In this document: positions 59,947 to 64,000 of the stretch, one piece after another | How the letters are laid out: each line of letters starts with the position of its first letter | Position numbering within the stretch: the stretch's first letter is position 1 | Origin: Burkholderiales bacterium | GTDB lineage: Bacteria > Pseudomonadota > Gammaproteobacteria > Burkholderiales > UBA11063 | Direction: 5' to 3' | NCBI GenBank assembly: GCA_018061465.1 | Contig: JAGOUD010000001.1 | Location: 15,826-79,825 of the forward strand | DNA: 64,000 nt | Notes under the pieces: model-generated | Databases searched by the model: none | Seen by the model: only the letters and a program-made list of their open reading frames with translations | Told to the model about the DNA's origin: nothing | Position numbers and translations under genes: made by a program

Positions 59947-61311
59947 ATGGCTATCTTAAGAAAAATTATTAAGCATTTATTTCTCATATTTTTATTTAAT
60001 ATGCCAATACTTTGCCTAGCATATACTCAAACCACATTTAACCCCCAAGGGTTTATGAATAAGATGCTCAATGATTTGATGGGTAGCACCTCGACTTGGC
60101 ATACTGTGTTTGTGCCAGCCGCAACTAGTCTATTTTTATTCCTTTCAGCCACTGAATTTTCGTTTGATACTGGCGTGCGGTTACTTCACGGAGGTGAGCC
60201 AGGAAAAATGTTGGGTTTTGCCGTGTTGAGGTTATTGATGGTTGCTTTATTTCTCTATTTCGTAAAAAACGTGGATTGGGTATACCAAATTATTGCTCAG
60301 TATAAAGAGTGGGCATACCAAGCGGGTGGATTAACAGCTGGTTATGGTCCATCTGAAATCGCTGGAATTGGAGTAGAGATTGCAAGTGATTTTTTTAGTG
60401 CAGTTACGCTGAGCTACACGGATGTATTAAAAGAACCAGGGTTAATTTTATTAGGAATTGTGAGCGTATTTGCTGGATTTTGTATTATGGCTGCGTTTGG
60501 CTGGGCGGCTTTACAATTATTTTGCATATATGTGGAGTTTTATTTAGTTATTAATGCTGGCATTATAAATTTGGGATTTTTAGGCAGCTCTTGGACAAGA
60601 GATATGGGCAAAAAATATTTTACTTATATTATTGCCGTTGGGACCAAATTACTTGTCGGATTATTAGTGGTTGCTGCAGTTAAGGACGAGACAGGAATGT
60701 GGGCTAGCCAGGTGTTAGCGCATAAAAATGATTTTAATGCGATGCTAAATACTATGGCGATGCTCATGGTTGATTCCTTGATGGTTGCTGTAATGGTATC
60801 GAGTATTCCGGCATATGCTGCGGGTGTAATTACCGGTGTTTCTACTGCTAGCGCAAACCAGGCATTTTCTGCTGGTATGGCTATGACTGGAGCGATGGGC
60901 ATGACAGTAGGAGCTGCTGCAGGTGGGGCGTTTATGCTATATGGAGCGGGTAAAAGTGCTACTGGTGCAGCGATTGATGCTCTACGAAATAGAGGAACAG
61001 GTACTGGAGATATGAGTCCCGGAGGCAGTTCACCTACTCCTCCATCAGGTAGTGATTCACCAGATAGCGGAAATAGTAGCGCGCAGCCATCACCCGATGC
61101 TCAAGCTGGTATAGGTAGTGGTTCATCATTAACTGGCAGTTCTTCTATGACTAATAGCTCATCGAATAAGCCCAGTGCAGCACAGCGGGGTATGAGCACC
61201 TTGGGTAAAAGTAAAAATATGGCCGGTAGTGCAGTTAGGCATTGGCATAATACACAAACATCTGGGCATGTCTCGCCACCAGATTTAAGAGGTAAACATT
61301 TAGATTTTTAA
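59947..61311 (+). CDS. trbL: TrbL/VirB6
   Basis: Polytopic; YVEFYLVINAGII.LGFLGSSWTRDMGKKYF..IIAVGTKL; Gly/Ser-rich tail. Confidence 0.9.
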   Translation: MAILRKIIKHLFLIFLFNMPILCLAYTQTTFNPQGFMNKMLNDLMGSTSTWHTVFVPAATSLFLFLSATEFSFDTGVRLLHGGEPGKMLGFAVLRLLMVALFLYFVKNVDWVYQIIAQYKEWAYQAGGLTAGYGPSEIAGIGVEIASDFFSAVTLSYTDVLKEPGLILLGIVSVFAGFCIMAAFGWAALQLFCIYVEFYLVINAGIINLGFLGSSWTRDMGKKYFTYIIAVGTKLLVGLLVVAAVKDETGMWASQVLAHKNDFNAMLNTMAMLMVDSLMVAVMVSSIPAYAAGVITGVSTASANQAFSAGMAMTGAMGMTVGAAAGGAFMLYGAGKSATGAAIDALRNRGTGTGDMSPGGSSPTPPSGSDSPDSGNSSAQPSPDAQAGIGSGSSLTGSSSMTNSSSNKPSAAQRGMSTLGKSKNMAGSAVRHWHNTQTSGHVSPPDLRGKHLDF

Positions 61312-61357
61312 GAAAAAGTTAATTAAAATTGATTGTATAAATTTAAGGGAATGAAGC

Positions 61358-62305
61358 ATGGCACGTGAGAATTATATATTTTATAAAAGGTCAATTGAAT
61401 CAAAAATTGGCCAACTAATTTTGCAAAAGCTTAAGGATCCAGATATTAAAGACATTTCTTTAAATCCTGATGGGTCTTTATGGGAGGACAGAATTGGAAA
61501 AGGTTGGATAAAGATCGGCAATATGGATAATGAATTAGCCAAAGGATTTTTAAACGCTGTTGCTTCGTTCATGGACGTCAGATTCAATTATGATGAACCA
61601 ATCCTTCAGGGTGAATTACCTAATATTGAACCGTTTAATGGGGAGCGGATTCAAGCTATGATGCCACCAAACACATCAAATTACCAATTTACTATCAGGA
61701 AACCATCAATAAAGATAATGACTTTATTAGATTATGTTCATGATGGTACTTTAAAAGAACAATTATCTCATGCTATAGAGTTAGGTATTTCTGAGCGAAA
61801 AAATATTTTAATAGCTGGTGGAACTGGAACCGGAAAAACCACATTGGCCAATGCGTTACTTGAAGCAATTGCAAGGATTACGCCTAATGATAGGCTATAC
61901 ATTATAGAAGATACTATTGAGCTACGGCCAACATCTTTAAATTATGTGGCTACCAGAACTTCTCCTACTGCAGACATGGATGATTTATTAGCTAGCGCGC
62001 TACGAAATGCCCCTAAGCGAATTATTTTGGGAGAAATAAGGCGTAGAGAAGCTTTTACTTTTATTGATGCCTTAAATACCGGTCACGAAGGGGGATTAGC
62101 TACTATTCACGCAAATTCGTGTATAGATGCCCTTTACAGATTAGAAAATATACTCAAAAAATGGGGATTTGTGCCAAATAGAGAGGAAATTGCGACTGCT
62201 ATAAATATGGTAATACATTTAAAGCGCGGAATTGGAACCCCTGTTGTTAATGAAGTTGCTTTAGTTAGCCACAAGAATGGAGAGTATCGAGTAGATGCTT
62301 TATAA
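61358..62305 (+). CDS. trbB: TrbB/VirB11 ATPase
   Basis: DISLNPDGSLW, Walker A GGTGTGKTT, IEDTIEL, LRNAPKRIILGEIR, NTGHEGG.ATIHANS. Confidence 0.95.
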   Translation: MARENYIFYKRSIESKIGQLILQKLKDPDIKDISLNPDGSLWEDRIGKGWIKIGNMDNELAKGFLNAVASFMDVRFNYDEPILQGELPNIEPFNGERIQAMMPPNTSNYQFTIRKPSIKIMTLLDYVHDGTLKEQLSHAIELGISERKNILIAGGTGTGKTTLANALLEAIARITPNDRLYIIEDTIELRPTSLNYVATRTSPTADMDDLLASALRNAPKRIILGEIRRREAFTFIDALNTGHEGGLATIHANSCIDALYRLENILKKWGFVPNREEIATAINMVIHLKRGIGTPVVNEVALVSHKNGEYRVDAL

Positions 62306-62915
62306 AAATCTTACTTTTTTATTATTACCGGGATTAGCTTTTAGTAGTGTGAGCAATGGTCCATACATAGGGGCAGAAGTAGGAGCTGCTAATCAAATTA
62401 TAAATTATACTTCTGGTACATTTGGACTAAATACTAATGGCTCTGATTTATATAATGCGAGTGTAGGGTTTCTAACTCGATTAAATATTGGATATAACTT
62501 AGATAGATATAATGGTTTTGAGCTTGGAACTACGTATAACTTTGAAGCTAGCCATAATTTACCTAATGGTGATGGAAGTTTGAACACTACTGCTACCACA
62601 TTAGATCTTTCATACCTATTATACTTACCAACTTTTGTGAGTAAATGGTCGGTATTTGGTAGAGTTGGAGTTGCTTATGACTGGATTAACACCAGTGTAA
62701 CTTGTTGTGATTTAGGTAATAGTAATCCAAGTGGTGCTAGTTTTAGTGATGTGTTAGGCGCAGGGCTTATGTATAGAATAACTCCACATACTTCATTTCG
62801 AATTGAGTGGATAGCTAATGGGTTAATTTATCCCCCAGGGATTAATGATGGCTCAATATCAGTGGGTACTTGGACTAATCAAACTTTTCAATTAGGGATT
62901 AATTATCATTTTTAA
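62295..62915 (+). CDS. Outer-membrane beta-barrel protein (OmpA-like transmembrane domain)
   Basis: Signal peptide, GPYIGAEVG, GFELG, alternating beta-strands, C-terminal LGINYHF. Confidence 0.8.
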   Translation: MLYKNLTFLLLPGLAFSSVSNGPYIGAEVGAANQIINYTSGTFGLNTNGSDLYNASVGFLTRLNIGYNLDRYNGFELGTTYNFEASHNLPNGDGSLNTTATTLDLSYLLYLPTFVSKWSVFGRVGVAYDWINTSVTCCDLGNSNPSGASFSDVLGAGLMYRITPHTSFRIEWIANGLIYPPGINDGSISVGTWTNQTFQLGINYHF

Positions 62916-62929
62916 TAAGGGCTATATAG

Positions 62930-63349
62930 ATGGTGGCATGTATTCCGGTGGATATAAACCATAACCAGGTATGCGTAGAAACGGCTAAAACTTTATTACA
63001 GCAAAGTCAAGGATTGGCGGGCAGGAAATCTATAAAAGATAACTATGCAATGTTGTTTGATATGCGTTCTTTAGGTACTACAAGCAGGGCTTTTTGGACA
63101 ATGCAGAGTATGAAATTTCCTCTGGATATGGTATTTATTAAAGATAATAAAATCATAACTATTATGTATGGCGTTAAACCGTGTAATTATGATGACATGA
63201 ATAAATGCCAAGTTTTTGGAGGATTTCCGGTTGAGTATGTAATTGAAACTAAAGCGGGCAATGCTAATAAATGGGGTTTACACATTAGCCAGCATATTAA
63301 CTTTGTTTTTCTGGCTCAAAAAAAGATGAATCTAAATAAGAAAAGCTAA
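62930..63349 (+). CDS. DUF192 (UPF0127) family protein
   Basis: VETAKT..QQSQGLAGR, MLF, FWTMQSMKFPLDMVFI, YVIETKAG. Confidence 0.8.
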   Translation: MVACIPVDINHNQVCVETAKTLLQQSQGLAGRKSIKDNYAMLFDMRSLGTTSRAFWTMQSMKFPLDMVFIKDNKIITIMYGVKPCNYDDMNKCQVFGGFPVEYVIETKAGNANKWGLHISQHINFVFLAQKKMNLNKKS

Positions 63350-63353
63350 AAAT

Positions 63354-63848
63354 ATGATATTAGATGTACCTTATTATATACATCAGTGTGTGCCATATGT
63401 AGCAGAAAATACAATGCTAGCTATTATTAAGACTGAAAGTAAATTTAATCCTCTAGCAATTGGATTAAATAAAGGATTTAGATTAATGTATCAGCCACAA
63501 AATTTAGCTCAAGCGAGAAGTTGGGCAACCTACTTAGAAAAGCATGGGTATAATTTTGATGTAGGCATTACTCAAGTAAACATTAAAAATATTCATAAAT
63601 ATGGATATAGCGCAATTGATGCATTAGACCCATGCTTAAATATGAAATTAGGCGGCAAAATCTTGCAAAGCGGTTATATTAAAGCACTACGTACATCTCG
63701 TAATAAGCAAGAAGCATTATATAAAGCTATTAGTGCCTATAACACGGGCAATTACCATAGCGGATTTCGCAATGGGTATGTTCAAAAAGTAGTGTACAAC
63801 GCTTCAGGAAATAGACCGTATATACCAACCGATAACGGAAAATCATGA
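63354..63848 (+). CDS. Lytic transglycosylase (VirB1/PilT/TrbN-like)
   Basis: AIIKTESKFNP (catalytic Glu), DVGITQVN, LDPCLN...G..IL, AISAYNTG, YVQKV. Confidence 0.9.
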   Translation: MILDVPYYIHQCVPYVAENTMLAIIKTESKFNPLAIGLNKGFRLMYQPQNLAQARSWATYLEKHGYNFDVGITQVNIKNIHKYGYSAIDALDPCLNMKLGGKILQSGYIKALRTSRNKQEALYKAISAYNTGNYHSGFRNGYVQKVVYNASGNRPYIPTDNGKS

Positions 63849-64000
63849 AAATCAAGATAATTATATTTTTCAAATTTGTTATACCTGCATTATTAGGGTT
63901 AGGGTTAATTTCTACTTATAAATTGGTTCCCTATAGACTCTCTTATAATTTTTCTAATTCAGAAGCTAAAGGCTTCTATTTATTAGATGTAAGAAAAAGA
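63845..64000 (+). CDS. traF: TraF-like S26 peptidase (pilin maturase), 3'-truncated by window edge
   Basis: Manual translation MKIKIIIFFKFVIPALLGLGLISTYKLVPYRLSYNFSNSEAKGFYLLDVRKR; N.S.S...G.Y matches the S26/TraF catalytic-Ser motif; ATGA overlap with the SLT gene. Confidence 0.6.
   Translation, partial: MKIKIIIFFKFVIPALLGLGLISTYKLVPYRLSYNFSNSEAKGFYLLDVRKR

Larger units (their letters stand above)
1..64000. mobile_element. Conjugative plasmid (partial; window covers ori/rep, par, mob, pil and most of trb)
   Basis: Iteron array plus Rep, ParA plus RHH partner, relaxase plus MobC, type IVb pil operon and Trb T4SS together; no housekeeping genes, rRNA/tRNA or integrase seen. Confidence 0.9.

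Noticed and set aside
397-62599. Numerous short ORFs from the six-frame track that overlap long genes (e.g. 3018, 4329, 22737, 32496, 53964, 60624, 62405)
   Set aside because: Antisense or out-of-frame shadows of well-supported CDSs with no independent motifs or start signals

Overview
AT-rich 64 kb segment of a conjugative plasmid, most likely from a proteobacterium (host not determinable from sequence). Backbone: iteron origin plus Rep initiator (49.0-51.6 kb), type Ib ParA/RHH partition pair, MobC plus a large relaxase with an LPD7 domain and a putative oriT, a complete R64-like type IVb (thin) pilus operon pilL-N-O-P-Q-R-S-M ending in three tandem PilV-like adhesins and a lipoprotein, and a rearranged P-type Trb mating-pair system (trbC-D-E-F-G-I-luxR-J-L-B ... 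SLT, traF) running off the right edge. The main cargo (34.2-44.8 kb) is a compact N-N-bond (hydrazine) biosynthetic cluster: Lys/Orn N-hydroxylase, cupin/MetRS-like hydrazine synthetase (split by one missing base in an A6/T6 run), ATP-grasp ligase, saccharopine-dehydrogenase-like oxidoreductase, GNAT, MFS exporter, acyltransferase-3 and a divergent dihydroorotate-dehydrogenase-like flavoenzyme. This mirrors the early formycin/pyrazofurin pathway but lacks the C-nucleoside genes, so it may make a different hydrazine or hydrazide metabolite. Other unusual points: a DotD-like N0 domain fused to TrbG, an acyl-carrier-like domain inside an AlbA_2/Schlafen ATPase, and an identical 24+13 bp promoter element ahead of both the pil and trb operons. 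All family assignments come from motifs recognised by eye; no database searches were run.
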